From: an uncultured Gammaproteobacteria bacterium
GTDB lineage: Bacteria; Patescibacteriota; Microgenomatia; UBA10105; UBA927
Direction: 5' to 3'
Assembly: GCA_964349125.1 (NCBI GenBank)
Contig: CAYGFH010000002.1
Location: 174,484 to 238,483 of the forward strand
DNA: 64,000 nt
Shown here: positions 1 through 15,000 of the stretch, piece by piece
How positions within the stretch are numbered: the first letter of the stretch is position 1
Layout: each line of letters starts with the position of its first letter
The notes under the pieces: generated by a model
What the model was told of the DNA's origin: nothing
Seen by the model: the letters and a program-made list of their open reading frames with translations, nothing else
Databases searched by the model: none
Translations under genes and position numbers: made by a program

Positions 1-3000
1 TTCTTGTGACCGACGATACATTTCCTTTTACAAATGCTGAAACCAAATTTCTACTGTTATTATCAATCACAGAGGCAGAAAGTGGAGTGTTCAGACTAGT
101 TGATTTCGCTATGTATGCGCCGTCCTCTGTGCTAAACCAAAGACGATCCAACTGCTCTTTCGGAAGATCAGAGAATGCACTGAGAATGACATCGATTTTG
201 CCGCTATTTGCTGTACGAGTTGCGCTTGAACGCGCAGTATTAAATACTACAATTACTCCTTGTGCAAGCAAATCACGCAACTGTTGTATAACTCTGCGAT
301 CAGTAGTACCGTCATAGTCAATACTTATAGCCTTGTATGGTCTGGCAAAAGCATTCTCTCTAAGAGTTTTTTCACTTGATATTGTTTGTGCAACTGATAG
401 TTTTTCCCAACCTAATCGACCAGCAACCTGGCTAGCTATCATTTGTTTCCAGACATCCTGCATAGTTTTTCCTACCTGACTTGTAATGCTCAGCCTGGAA
501 GGTTTTTCTATTTGCAGATATCCTTCTCCTTTCATATCCGGCGTTATATAAGAACTATCATCCGGGATTGATTTTTCTTCAGACAGCCATGGGTCCAAGA
601 CGGTTACATCCATATGGTGGGATCCGGGAATTACATCAACGAGTTTGGTACGTGCATCCCATTTGATATTTTTCATTTTTCCTTCAACACGGATTTTCAC
701 ATTTCCCAATGCTTTCTGCCTCCTCTGCAGGGAACCATACAGGGAAACAATTGAGCGTGGAGCGACTCTTGTCGATTCATCGACAAACAATATTTTCCCC
801 TGAAACATAGAGGCTAATTTCATGAACGATAGCACTACATTAAACCCTGCTGCATCCATTTCGGAGCTGGCATTGGTGGATGGGATTTTTAGACGATATA
901 TAGGAACTATTTCACCTTCTGATTGCAGATGTAATTTATCTATTATGTCCTTTGGAATCTGGTGTTGAACCGTTTCTCCGTTTATGAATTTACTATAAAG
1001 TCTATCGATATCAGCAGAATGTTCAATAATCCATGGGAATACGTCATCATAGGGCACTTGTTGTACAATCCCATTTCTCTGGGCGACTTCAGGCGAAAAA
1101 GCTTCCGCTGCCACATCTGCAGGAGCGGTTCGTTCGTTGGCAATAATAAATACCGGACTTTTTTTATCTTCATCTCGCAGAGCCAGTGCCAGCTTCCAAA
1201 TTGATAGTGACGCTTCCACATTATGAAACATTGACGCATTTGTCTGTTGTAAATCCAATTTACCCCGCCTCCCGCCAACCAAATCCACCGTCTGTCCCAT
1301 TTGAAGAATAGATATATCAGTCAGCGCATATGGATCATTTTTTTCAGCCGCATCAACGATGATATAACTGAATAAATACACAGCGAGCTCACGGTACGAT
1401 GTGACAGATTCTGAAAACCCTGCAACCAATTGAGCAGGTAATTCTACGTCTTTATTCTGTATGGTATAGCGTATATTTTTTTTGCTCCCGCAAACCAGCC
1501 GGCAAATATCTGTCAGAATATCTACTAATTCCGCTGATTGATATTCCGAATAGTCTTGCGTCACAACTCCCACTGAATTACGTAGCTCTTCGATTCTGGA
1601 ATTATATCGTTCAAGCAACAGTTCGGCTGAATCCAACTGAAGCATATCCTCATCCTTAAGGATGCGAATTTTTTGATACACAGCCATATAGTCGGTTATT
1701 GATTCGTTTTCAATTAATGATCTCAGGAATACTTCCTTTAATTTTTCACCGGATACTGAGTATGCAGATAATTCAAGCCGCAGCTGAATCGCATTATCAG
1801 GAGATATATTTTTATTTGCAGAGAGAGCGGAAATGAGTGTTGGATCCACACTCAGAAATGCTCTAACTCTTTCATTTGCTACGCTTACACCGTGATGTAC
1901 CAATATATGCAGCGCGTTTAATCCATCTGCAGCCTCTTCCGGGAATTTATCGATCCACAGCACGTAGCCGTCGTACACATCCTTAAAGTCCATTTCTAAA
2001 GCATCAAACGCGTCATGTAAAAACTTTTGACCATATATGTGTGTAAACTCATCAATTTGCGAAGGAGAAAGCTGTGCAGTGTTACTGTTTTGCAGTTTCT
2101 GTAACGTGGAAATAGTTGAAAATAGAGCGACTTCGCCTGGAAGAATTTCTCCCTGAACTCCCATAATTTCGGCAAGAGTATTTTGTATAATTCTAAATTT
2201 AAGATCATCCGGGAATGCAGCCACGGAGAGCTCTCTCACCAATGACTCATACCGGCTGTCTTTGGTTGCGGCTTCTATGCGCTCAAGCCTGTGAAAATTC
2301 AATCGCAAGAGCTCCTGCGCGTTTGATTCAGACACGTTATTCCGTTGGATCGATTGGGACAAAAGCCGTAAGTACTGATTATGTTTGAAAATATATTCCA
2401 TGTTCGTCTTATCATCCGAAGAGTCAGATAAAATGGTGGCTTCTGCAAATGCTTTCTTTGACATCTCCTGTGAAAGCACACGTTGTGATTCCCTATCCAG
2501 GAATAATCGCTTAACTGAATTAATTGCTTCAATCGGATCTTGTTGATCAAATACAAAATTAATAATTGCCAATTCAACATATAAGTCACTATCATCTGCG
2601 GCGGCGTTAATTTTGAATATCTCGTCAAAACCCAGTAGAATTTTTTGAACATTTTCTGGACTCAAATGCTGTGGGTTTGGCGTTCGTATCATGCTTTCCA
2701 GAATTGGCGCCCGATTTATATCCCTAACAGTTGCATCGTTTGTCAACTGGTCTACCCACTGTTGGATAAATGGTACGGCTAGCTCCGGTTTTGGTGCGCG
2801 CAGCATGCTAATGAATAAACCACTGCCTGATTGCGGGGAACCAAGCATATCTCTGGAGTCCATGCCGAATGTTCGCTGCAGCTCCGGAATAAGGCGTACG
2901 ATTTCCCGATTAACCACAAGCGGGAGTTGGGTAAAAATTTCAGATAAATAGTCGGATTGATCGTCGGTAAAGCCGTTATTTTTTGCATAAGCCACCAGCG

Positions 3001-6000
3001 TATTTAATTCGCGAAGCAGCTGGATTCTGTCCGGATTTTTCAGCAGTTTCTCAAATGCAGTAACCTGATTGTGATAATTCCTGACGGACTTTACAATGAC
3101 CGGAATCCCCTCAATAAGTTGCCATACTTCCCTCCCCTTTGCATACTTGGGAATAAGTTTAATCATTTCTAAAACATGCACATGTCGCCAATCTACCAAA
3201 AGAATCCGTAGAGGCCTGATAACAAAAAGCGCTGCATTGGTCAATGAATTTCCGCTTTGATTTAGTCTCTTTTCAGAGTCATCTGTAATTTCAATAGGAG
3301 AAACGTTCTCGATCGTCTGTTTTTGTGTATCTTCCTTTGTATTATTCTCTGATTTTTCAATAAAATCCCTATCAAAGGAAAGTGCCTTCTCCTGTTCAAA
3401 AAACTTCAATGTATCTACTTCGCTAGCGGGTTGAATTCTACCGGTTAAAAATACGTTGTACAAAATGGGACTGGGCAACTTCCCTTCTTTTTCATAAATC
3501 ATCTCCAGCATCTTCTGCTGGTATTGGTATAGAAACTGTCCGGCAAATATCCGTGCGAATTTTGGATCATTCCGTAGCGCCAGTAATTCTTCATAATATC
3601 CCTTCACTTCTTTTTGCCACTGGATTGATTCATCCAGAGCGTTAGTGCTCACGTACTGCTGTCTGAAAGGCAAATTCAGCATGTATGAAATGATAGATTC
3701 TGACGAGCCATTATGAGTCACGGGGCGCACCATTGGCTCAGATCGCTGATAAAACAACCTGCTAAGCTCCTTGAAATTCGGTATCAACTGCTCCATTTCC
3801 CCTATAAATTCGCTATCAGTAAGATCCAGCCTGTTCCAATACGGAAACAGTCTGTTGCGTAAATACTCTTCGGGATATGCATGAGTAATGAGGCCGCCAA
3901 GGGTAATAAAGTCTCGAATTTGAAACATCCCTTCATACAACAGCCTTATCTGCCATTTGTACCAACCTACAGTTTCAGGAATAGAATTTTCTCCCGCGGT
4001 TGCTTTGGGCTGTTGCCACTTGCGCCACTCGTTTATAATCTTCTTTTCTTCAGGAGTTTCAGGCTCTTTTATATACCCTGGCGGTAAAGCAGTCGAATTG
4101 TCGTACGGATCTTGAGGCAAAGATTCTACTTTTAGGACTGTAATTTGAAAATCAGGATCAGCCGTTTGAGTGGGATTCTGTTTCACAGATAGAGTCGATG
4201 CTGATCTGACCTGAGGATACTCTATAGGAGTAGGTTTCTCAGTACCCCGAGAATAAGCCAAAATATACTCAGTTCCTGCATACATTTGCTTATGTTCGAA
4301 TACGTAGTTGTCCTTATATGCTGGTGTGTATAACTCGAACAGATCTATATTGTCAGGTAGAATCTCATTTTTTGTACGATCATGTAGTGCAGCTGCGTGT
4401 GGCGGTAGTGATGGGGCTGCAACGGAAATAGTATTTGTTTGATCATCCCGAATTTTCACCGTGAAGTTGTAGGCAAATGCAGATTCCGTACGAGTGAAAT
4501 TAAAATTTAGGGCCGCGTTATTCAACTCAATTACAGGATAGGTACCATCGGGATACGTAACTCCTTCTAAACTCTTATAACTTATCCAAGTACCAGTTTT
4601 TGACGGATTTATATTCTCACTCACCGTGCCATCTTTCTTCAGCGTTAGTACATCCTCTATCCCTAGAGAAACCGTTTTTATATCCGATTGTGATCGCGCG
4701 TAAAGGAGAGCAGATCTATAGAGTAGCCTGCCGAGACCTCCGCCTCTGGTAGTAGGAGACACGTATACAAGACCGATATGCAGATCATCGGGTGATTTCC
4801 CTGGATTTAACCCAACAAACCCAAGCGGCACACCTTTTGCATCCGTAAGTTCCAGTACGACGGATCCAGGAATAGTGTCATCAAACGCCTCACCCGTAGA
4901 ACCAGGTGAAAATGCCTCCGGAACTTTTTTCACTACCGACACTTTCATACCATCTGGAGCATCTACTGCAAGTTCAGAAACGAGACTATCTGTGGGTTCG
5001 GACACTGCTTTTGATTGTTGCAGAAAATATTCTCTGAGTATCGCTATTTCGTTTTTATTCTCTGGATATACTTGTGAATACAATTCGAGAATGAAGTTTT
5101 TTCCGGTTGCTTCGTAGTACATCTTCAATAGTCCTTCATAATCAGCTCCAAACATCGCGATGGCCACTGCTTTATCTATCTCCGCTATCGTAAAGCGCTG
5201 AGTATTTTTTAATTCGTCAACTAACGCCATCGCTACACTGACTTCTTTACTATACGGAGTCCAAGAGCCAAATAATGAGAATATTTTGTTTGGTTTTTCT
5301 TTGCCAAATACTTCAAGTTTTCTTCTGGCGACCTCCGTTAACCCTTCATGTAACAGAGAATATGCCCCATTTATGACCTGCCTGGTTTCCTTGGTGCCTT
5401 CAGTAATCCCATCAATTCCAGCGACCTCAATTCTAGAAAGATTTTCTTCTATAACCCCTCGCTGGAGCGATGATTCGGATAAGGTAATATGCGACCTATT
5501 TGGATTATTTTGAGCCTGTATTCTGTGGATATCTTCATGCCGTTGTATTACCTTGTTTGTTATCAGCGTATATATATATGTTTTATCAATTAAAGGACTA
5601 TATGATGATGATCCCTTTGCGAGAAACAGTTGCCGTAAAAACCCTTGAAACCCACCTACGTGGATATACTGATCGGCTGAGGATCGTTCAACATTGATTT
5701 TCTCTTCAAGTCCGAGTGATGTTAAATATGCGCGTATATATTCAATTTGCTTATCTTGGATAACAAATTTTGCATACTGATGCGCTGTAATCCATTGCAG
5801 TATTCTGTTATGGATAGGATTTGCTACGGCTCCGATGAATGATCCTACTGGTCCAAAAGCACTCCCAATAACGGCTCCTATGACTACACTCGACACAGGA
5901 ACTGGTGACATTTTCTGAAGTATCTTCTCTCTAACATCTGAGACTGAAGGAGACACGTCAGATTGTTCATATGAATTCTTATCAGCAGGTTTTGTAGATA

Positions 6001-9000
6001 AATTTATCTTTATTGGGTGTAAATAGGATTCTCCATTTGTTTTTGCCGAGCGGAGGGTTGGATCAAAGACGACTGGCTCAAGGAATCTGTGTTTCTCTGC
6101 CACGTTTGCCGAAAAGAAATTGACCATATTCCCTAGAAGCTTTACGGATTGATTTTGGGTAATTATGCCAACAGCATTCGCTGATTGCATTGCGCTTTCT
6201 GCCAATAATTGAACACCATCTGCATACGATAATCCGTTCGGAATTTTATCCCGCTTCGGCAGTTGTTTATAAAATTCCAAGAAGGCATCTGCAGGAGAAA
6301 CACCCTTAGCAAGCGCACGAGTGATCAGTAATTCCCCAAACTGGCTTTGCTCCACCAGCTCAAAGTGTGCTGCATACTCTTTGGATACCATTGCAAGCAC
6401 TTCTTCCTTTGCCTGAGCGTATGACAATTCCGGATACTGCTTCATGAGAAGCGAAATCATAAATCCGGTCGCCATGCCTTCGTTCCATGCCTCGTTCATT
6501 ATCGGCCCCAGAAACCTCACCATGTCATGCCCTGCTTCATGTGCAGCCAACAGAAATTGTATGCGCTCAATATCTTTTAGATTTGCGCTCGCGCGAATGA
6601 CGTAGAGTCCCAGCCGCTCATCATAAAATGCCATCACGTTCTTTTGCTTCGGATAAAACAGTTCAAATTGTGCATCAGAATACACGACTGTGTTGTAGTG
6701 AATAGGATCTTTCTCTGCGAGTGGAAGCGGTAATTTGAGGTTGTTTAGAAGTGTTCGTATAGTTTCTACAATGCCAAGCACACGTGCACGGTTGAGTCTG
6801 TCCGGGTGAGCGTCATCAGGAGTCTGCTGCGATTCATACCATGCTTCTATCGCCTCTTTGCTTACGTCTGATAACTCTACTCCAGAGTCCTTGAGTGAGA
6901 GCGGATATCCCGCTGGATCTTTGATGTGTAAGGCTACATACCCTTTTGCCAGGCCGTTGTTTTGCCAAAACGGCTTTGTATAAAACTGTTTTAGTACTGC
7001 ATCCTGCCCGTCTTTTTGCTCCAATTGTGCTACCTTGAGCAGTGACCGTGTTACTGATTTTTTTGCTGCTGGCGTAATTGTCATGCGCATATCTGCAACA
7101 ACATCAGATGCTACTGCCGCCGGTGCTCTCATAATTTGCTTTGTGGCACGTGATGACAATAGCGCGGGCTCATCATGAATTCCCATGGATGCGAGGATCG
7201 CTTTACTCACTAAATGCGCAGGATCTATCGGGGGATTTACTTCATCCTTCAGGTATTCTGCAACTTCGTCAAATTCAGTTGCGGCTGACTTAAACGCTTC
7301 GGGTAATTCCGTACACCCAAGCACCACCTGTACATCCATTTCCTTCAATTCCTTCACCAGTGCCAACACTTCTTTATGCATTTCGTGCTTGCTGTTTATC
7401 GTATAGCCTATCTGATCGCGAATCTCATTTGGGACAAATGCATTGCCGACAGACACTTTATCCATCCATATGATTTTTTGCACACGGCTCATGACATTCT
7501 GCGGCAATGTATCTTTCTTTTTTTGCCTGTATGTCGTAAGGCCGTGTTTCTGTGACATGGTATTCATAAATACATCGGTTCCCAATATAATCACATCACT
7601 ATTATGTTTTGCGAAATTCACAATCTGATTGATGGTTAGGTAAAAGAGTGAATCACCTTCCCCCCACCGAATAGCCTTAAGTGCCACATCATGAAGCAAG
7701 CTGATAGTGTTACACGCGACAGAGAATTGACACCCGTACTGCTTGGCAAACAGGCGTAATTTTCCGTACAGTTGTGAGAGCCCGAGCCGAGCGTTAGTGT
7801 TGAGCATATCTGCTATCACAGTAGGCTTCATGCCTACCGCCGTCATAAGTTTTGCGACCCAATTTGGGATAATGCGCTGTGCTGCCCCAAAGTAAATGAG
7901 CGTCGCATTAATCCTCGGATCCAGCTCATCGGTAAAGGCAAATCCTGATCCGATATCTGGCGCCGCAATCCATGTCCGACCCGCAAGATTCGGGAACGGG
8001 AACGTTTCAATATCATTCACCAACTGCCAACTGCCATCTGCTTTTTTTGTATATACTGTGTCTCTATCCGCATTATTGTCTACTCTGATCCTGATGCGTG
8101 CACCCGGCTGTATGTGATGAAGCGGTAGCGCCTGATCCTCCAGAGGATACCGGATCCCTTTTTTCGGGAAAAAGAGAGCAAATTCTCTCGTAGTTGTTTC
8201 ATTTGGCAATACACCCTCCAACCACATAAACGCATCATGTTTCGCTCGCATCAAGCTGTCGGCAACCAAAGGCAACACTTGCATGCCAGGTCTGTAGGCT
8301 GTGAGTTTGGTGCGAACTTTAGAGAGGAACGCAGATGTATCCGCAGTACGAAGATCATATGTTGCGCCGACTGCATCCGCACCATCTCCATACAGCCTTG
8401 CCAACCGATTATATCCGCGTTTTTCGTCACCAAAATATTTCAACAGATACACATCCAAATCAGGCACGTTATTGTTGAGTTCTTTTTGCAATCCGGCGAG
8501 GTGGGCATCCGCACTGTTACTGCGTATCCTGTCCTGACTGGTGTACACCCATTTGGAGACAGTCGGAGCAAAATCATAGGCAACGCCGGGATGGAGGCGG
8601 AATGAATGCTTCTGATTATCCAATTTACTGGTATAGGTGTATGTATACGAAGAAAGGGCATCGGTAAATTTGCCTGCGAGGGCAAAGAATCCTTCCTGAG
8701 TAGTAGGTATTCTGGAGTTTTTTATCTGCGACAAGGTGACACCTATCGCTTCAGTTATGAGCTGATCCCCCAGTTCATGCCCTTCAGCATCCTGCAGAGC
8801 CTTGAGCTCTCCGGGAGAATCTATGGCTATCACATGAGCAGAGCCAGCCCTGCCGGGATAGGCAACATAGAGCTCTATCCCCCGTCTGAACGTAAGAATT
8901 TGTCCTGGTTGTATAGTGGCGAGCATCTGTTGGAATACCTCCATAGACCGGGTGGATATAATCGTCGGATCATTAGGACCATATCCAAGCTTCTTGACCT

Positions 9001-12000
9001 GTGCATCCACTACTGGATCGGTAAACGCAGCTACCATAATCCGTTTTGAAACCTGCTGATTATCCTGATTCGGATCCTTTGAAATTCTATCTGTGACAAA
9101 TTCACTGAGCATTTGTGCTATTCCCGGATATCCTTTTTTCAAAAGATCCTGAATTTGTAGGTCGGTAACCTTTGGCAACAAGTCACCGTTTGCATCGCGA
9201 ATTTCCGCATAAAATTTGGATGTAGACCAGGCAATTTTGATAGGCAATTTGGCAAGGCCTCCGGTTTTTGTGGCATACACCCACTCAAGTCCGTCCTGCA
9301 TGAATACATCTTTACCCGAAGCGGGATCAGTAGAATTAAATAGAGCCGTATGAATGCGTTTTTCCATTTCGACGCGTCTATCATCTGAGTGTTCTATCGC
9401 ATTGTTTAATTTTGTTATCTCAGATTGCAGCGTTCTGATCCGGATTTCCAATTCCAAAATTCTTTTGGTAGCTTCATTACTGTCTCCAGACGGTTGATCA
9501 GAAAGCTGTGATACTAACTCCCTCATTTGAGCTATGGTTTTTTCCAATATATCCTTCGATTGTTCACGCTGCATAACCATATCCATATCCTCAGAAAGCT
9601 CGATAATCAGATATTCATCTCCGCTTATTCCGGCGCGGACAATCACACACCGACCACAAATACCCTCTAACCGCTTCGATAACGCACCGATACCCACTCG
9701 AAGCAACATATCTCCCCCAACCATACCCAGAGGTGTTTCATTTGATTCACGAAGACTGGCAAAATCTACACGCCCAACCACTTTTCCTTTGAGTAAATCA
9801 AGAAAAATCTGTTGAGTAAAACTTGTGTACACAGATTGAGAATCTGCATATTCAGATGCTATTTTTTTAACATCCTGTAGAATAGGAATTCCGTTTGCAT
9901 ACTTTTCCCATATTGGCTCAACATCAATAAACTGTGCATGCATCGGATCGGTAATCAACTGCTTGCGCAGCATTTTCTCCTGCGTCGTCGGCAATATAAT
10001 ACCCCGTGATCTCAGTGTGCTTATAAACATGTCCGCTAGTCGCAAAGCTCCTTCTGTATTTTTTGTCTGTTCGTATGCGTTGGGTAGCTCAAAAAGCGCC
10101 GTATCCAGCTGAGAGAGCTCTGAAATCTGTTCCTCATTCACAAAAAGGGAGACCAATTTGTCCGATACCGTGTGATTTTTTGCCATGGCCCGCTTCATAG
10201 CGGTCAAAAATCCCTTCGGATACGATGTTCGCAACTTTTCATCATCTAATGCTCCCAAAAACATTTCACCGTTTTTGTAATCAAAAAAGTCATCTAAAGT
10301 ATCAAATTCGTCTATGAAATTATTTATGACAAACGGCTGATCAAGCTTTGTTTTTCTGTCTTCAAGTGAGTGGAATTTCTCGTAAAGATACGCAAGAACC
10401 GGATTGCGTTTAGGATTCGGTGAGTCCTCGGTATAGTGCGGATATGTGCCAATAACCGCGGCATTGATAGCAGCAGCAAGGCTGGTAATCGCCGTATTTC
10501 TTCCGGTAATATTTGCGGAAAACAACTCCTGTGATGAAGTGGATGCCTGATCACTGTTGAGTGTAGCTGAAAGCTCCTCCTGTGTCAGCTCTACTATAAG
10601 TTTCCACAGCGTGTCTGATATCTGAACTCCTGGAAACAGGTGCTCGCGCAGGTAGGGAGCATTATGAAGAACAGCCAGATTAAAAAGCTCAAGGGATCGA
10701 GCGGCCGCATGTTCGTATCGGGGAGTAGCAAATCTTCTCACTCCTCCATTAATGGATTCTGCATAGATACCGGTATCCCTATACAGAATTGTAAGCTTTG
10801 TGGATGCATATACGGCCTTTTTCAGATCTTCTTTTGGTAGTGTGTTACTGGCCGCATCACTGGTCAAAAACGAAACCTGCGAATAGACATCCGGATTATT
10901 CACCTGTTCAAGCAGTTCAAGCATTTTTTGTGTGCGGGTCACTATTTTCCCTTTTTGTGCAGCTATAACACCATGGAATCCCCCGCGCAGTGACTGAAAC
11001 ACATTTTGCAGTAGCTTCCCACGCTGGGATGTATCGTGCAGTAGTTGTTTAATAGTGTAGAAGTATGATCGCGTAATAAATGTTTCCGGATCTAATAACT
11101 CATCGTTATGTACAGATTCTGTAAGTGTTCCATCCTGTTCAAGAATGGGTTTGAGCGATGCAACCTTAGCTGTTTTGTTTGCATAAAACTTTGCATATCC
11201 GCTTTCCAATGCCTTTGATATCGGGTGTTCTGTCACATCCTGTGAAGTGGGTGCTTTCAATTGTCCTGATACAACCAAATCCGTCCCCTTTATCATCATA
11301 GTCGGTGTGATGTCTATATTTATCAGTGTTTTTGCGGATAACACCGGAGCAATCAGAATTGTATCTTCGGGTTTTCTGATAGTTGGCATGGTACCCCATG
11401 CATTCGGAACCAGTGGGCCCGATACATATGAGTATTTCTGATCCGGAGTATCTGCATGCCACCAGGTACCTGTGTCGGGTATATCGGCTGAGACAACCTG
11501 TTCATTCACTGTTCCGTCAGAATCTATTGTATGAATCGGATACTTGGATTTGTAGTTAATCACGCAGGTCTCCCCTGCCTCGCCCTGGGCAAAGACGGAG
11601 GGGAGGAATAGGGATGATAGTTTGCCACAATTATCTGTCAAGGCAATATCCTTCTGTACTTGTGGTTTTGGTCGAATTACCACACCCGAAATCTCCCTAA
11701 CTCCAGGCTTTCTAACACCCCCACCTATTTCCACATACGGATCTCCGAATACGGATTCCGGTATATCTACAGAGATATCTTGTTCTCGTATGTCAAACTG
11801 GTCAGAAATGCCTATATCCTCACTTTGCAGTAGTTTCATGAAATTATCTTTGCTCGTATTCGCGCTTAATAGGGCGGCATTACTGACGGACATATTCATA
11901 GGGATAGTTGGGAATTCTTTCTGTAAAGCCTGAAGCTTTTTAATAACCACTAATGTGTTCGCTGCCAAAACATCCGGTGTTTTCGTTTCGTATAACGTAT

Positions 12001-15000
12001 CAAGGACAAAAGATAATCCTCGCTTTCCTGACGCATCGGTGGTAGGAATCATCCATACGACTTGATCGGCCAAACTCCCAATATTCTGGTGACTCCCTTT
12101 TGTGTATATATACATTCGGAACGGCTCTGCAAACGTCAGATTCGTATCGTTATTTGCTCCGGGCTGTAATACAGCGAGACAGGCACGAATATTCTCTATG
12201 ATGCTGTCCATATCGTGTGTCATGACACTTGTGAGCAACTGTTTTCCGGTTTTTGCGTTTGTTAGTGCACGTATTTGATCAAGTTGTACTTGCAAATTTG
12301 GATTATCAGTTTTGATGTCACGCATTTTCTGAGCTACTGCGTATAATTGTTGTAAGATATTCTCTATCTTTACCACTTGTTTTTGGATGTTTATCAGATA
12401 CTCCGAGACAATACGTCGTTCTTCATCTGTCAAACTCGCACCTTGCTTGACCAATAATTGTTGCAGGTCGGCAATATCTTCTGAGAGAGCAAGTGCACCT
12501 GAACCGGTATGAAACTCCTGACCGATCTTTGAAAAAATTAACGAAACCCTGTCAGATGGAGCCAGTAAGTCTCTCAGAACTGTAAGTTCGTTTGAAGCCT
12601 GAAGAGCATCTGCCTGGCGGATCACAGTAACAGCTGTGGAGATTGTTTTCGCTGCTTTTTGCAATTGTAAAATTGTGGCCGGATCATCGAGCGCTTCTGG
12701 AGTATCAAGCACTCCTTCTAATGCACTACGCACGGCACGTTCACTCTCTGAGAATTCTACGTTTCTATTATTTGCGGTCTGATACATTTTCGAAAGCGTT
12801 GCGTTAAGCGGTATTCCCGGATCTTTTCGTAGAAGCGCAAATAGTTGCGATATGAGAACTGGAATGTGGGATGGTATCTTTTCATTCTTGTCTGGGATCG
12901 GGACATACAGATCAGGGTCGGCCAGTTTTTCAAAGTTCGATAAGAAATTTGCTAGCTCCTGATCCTTGGTTAATGTCGATCCTAACATAGTTGATTGCTC
13001 ATCCCGAGTTAGCATATCCATAAAATGATTTTTATCGTCGAGACTTAGCTCATATTCTTCAACTATAGACTGAAATATATCTTTTCGATTTTTTAGCAAT
13101 GAGGAAACGATTTGAGCTTTTTCTTCGGTCAAATACTCTGTGGGGTCTATAGAATCGCCATTGATAAGGCTATTCCACTTACCGTGCAATTGAACTGCAA
13201 GAAAATACCCGAGAAGAGCCTCTTTATCAGCATCACGGGCAGCAATATTTGAATAAAATATTGAAGTATTTATGATACTTTTTACCATCGCTTCTGATAA
13301 TTGGTTTGGAAGTGTTTTTATCCCAAATGTACTGCGGAAAAGCGCGGTCAAATCACGACGGTTTTTTTCGTTAAAGGCCGATATGACAGTTTCACTCTTA
13401 TCATTTTGCAGTGATCCTTTGAAAGCGGTAAGGTCCGCCAACAGCGTATCAGTTGATTCGTTTGCAGCTACCACTATTCCGAGCTCACGTTTTGTCGACA
13501 GCACAACTTTTGCTTTATACAAAGTATAGCCGCTTCGGATAAATTCCTTCACCTGGCTTTCAGTGGCACTTTCTAATGATTCTACAAGACGTATAAAAAT
13601 GCGTACATCCGTATTTATAATATCTATAGATGTCTCATAGAACAACGCGATTTCATCATCGCTCCAGTTTTCGGCTCGAAAACGGTTTTCCAATGCTTTT
13701 AATCGATTCATAAACACTTCTTTATCCGCCTTTTGCAGAGATGATGTATACAGTTGCATTATGAGCGATCTGGAAAAGCTCAGAAGTGAATTTGCTTTCG
13801 TCAGATACCCTGCTCCTCCGTACAACTTGCTCATGTACATACTTTGCACAAGCTGTTTCGGTACTATGTCAGATTTTCCGGAATTTATATATGACATCCA
13901 GTCGTTTCGCAGCTGTGTCCATATGAGATCCTTTGCTTCCCTTCCGGAGAAAATATCGTCAAGTTTTTGCTTATCTGCTTCACTAAAGCCAATTATATTC
14001 AGAGCATTTGCCCCATGTGTTTGCACAAATGCATAAAAAAGCTGCAGTACATTGTTCGTATCAATTTGTACTTCCCGATCCGACATCAATTGTGACTTTA
14101 CCGTCTGAAGCTGAGGAAGCACAGTGTCTATGGCATATGCGTTGAGCACATCCGTAAACATCGCAGTATCCTCTATATGGCCTAATCGTATACTCTCAGC
14201 TGTAATTTCTTCACTAAATCTCCGCATCTTCTCAACAACTCCGGAATTGCCATATTCAAGTTCTCTGGCGATTATCTTAAGAAGCTCAGGAGTGGCAGTT
14301 AAAATAGGTACTCTCTCGGTCTCTTCGGACGGAAATAGGAGGTTTAATTCAGCATTTGATAATCGTTGCAGGGCATTAAACACATCGCCCACTCTGTTTC
14401 CGATTGCAAACCATTGTTTCATATATCTGGCTAACAGCTTTTCTAATACCGGGTGTCTTTCCAAAAGGGACATATACGATTTCGCAATTTTTTCTGTGGT
14501 CGCACCCGATCGTCGCCATTCGGAAACGTGTTTCAGGCTTTCAAGATATATTTGGGCATGTGTGGTCGTGTTGCTTAGATAAAAAATATCTGAAATTGAC
14601 ACCCCTTCACGACTCCACTGGGGTATCCAACGCGTAAGCAGAGCTTCACGCAGGAACCGCTCCGGAATATTCGCAATAAGCTTTGCAAGGCTACCAATTT
14701 TGTAAGAGTCTTCCGCATCTGCTATACGTAAACTTGCCCGGATTATTGCAGCAAATTCATGCGGTGTATTATTGAACTTCATGTATGCGTCGGTTGGCTT
14801 TAGCTTATGATTTATATATGCTTTTGACCGCATATACGCCATAAAAATTTCCAGATCTTCATCGCTTATATTTGCCCATATTTCTGGTGTAGTTTTACTG
14901 TTTATTAGCGCTGCAACACCAAATTCTGCTCCCAAAATATTCAACTCACTCCTTCGTTTTTCAACCCGACTTGCTCGAGCAGCTTGAATCTGTTTTTGTA

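Noticed and set aside
6960-7110. Transient in-frame stop (TGA at about 7103) during hand translation of gene B
   Set aside because: Traced to my mis-indexing of one base in line 6961. Re-reading gives continuous KPFWQNNGLAKGYVALH... in the same frame. No stop is present.
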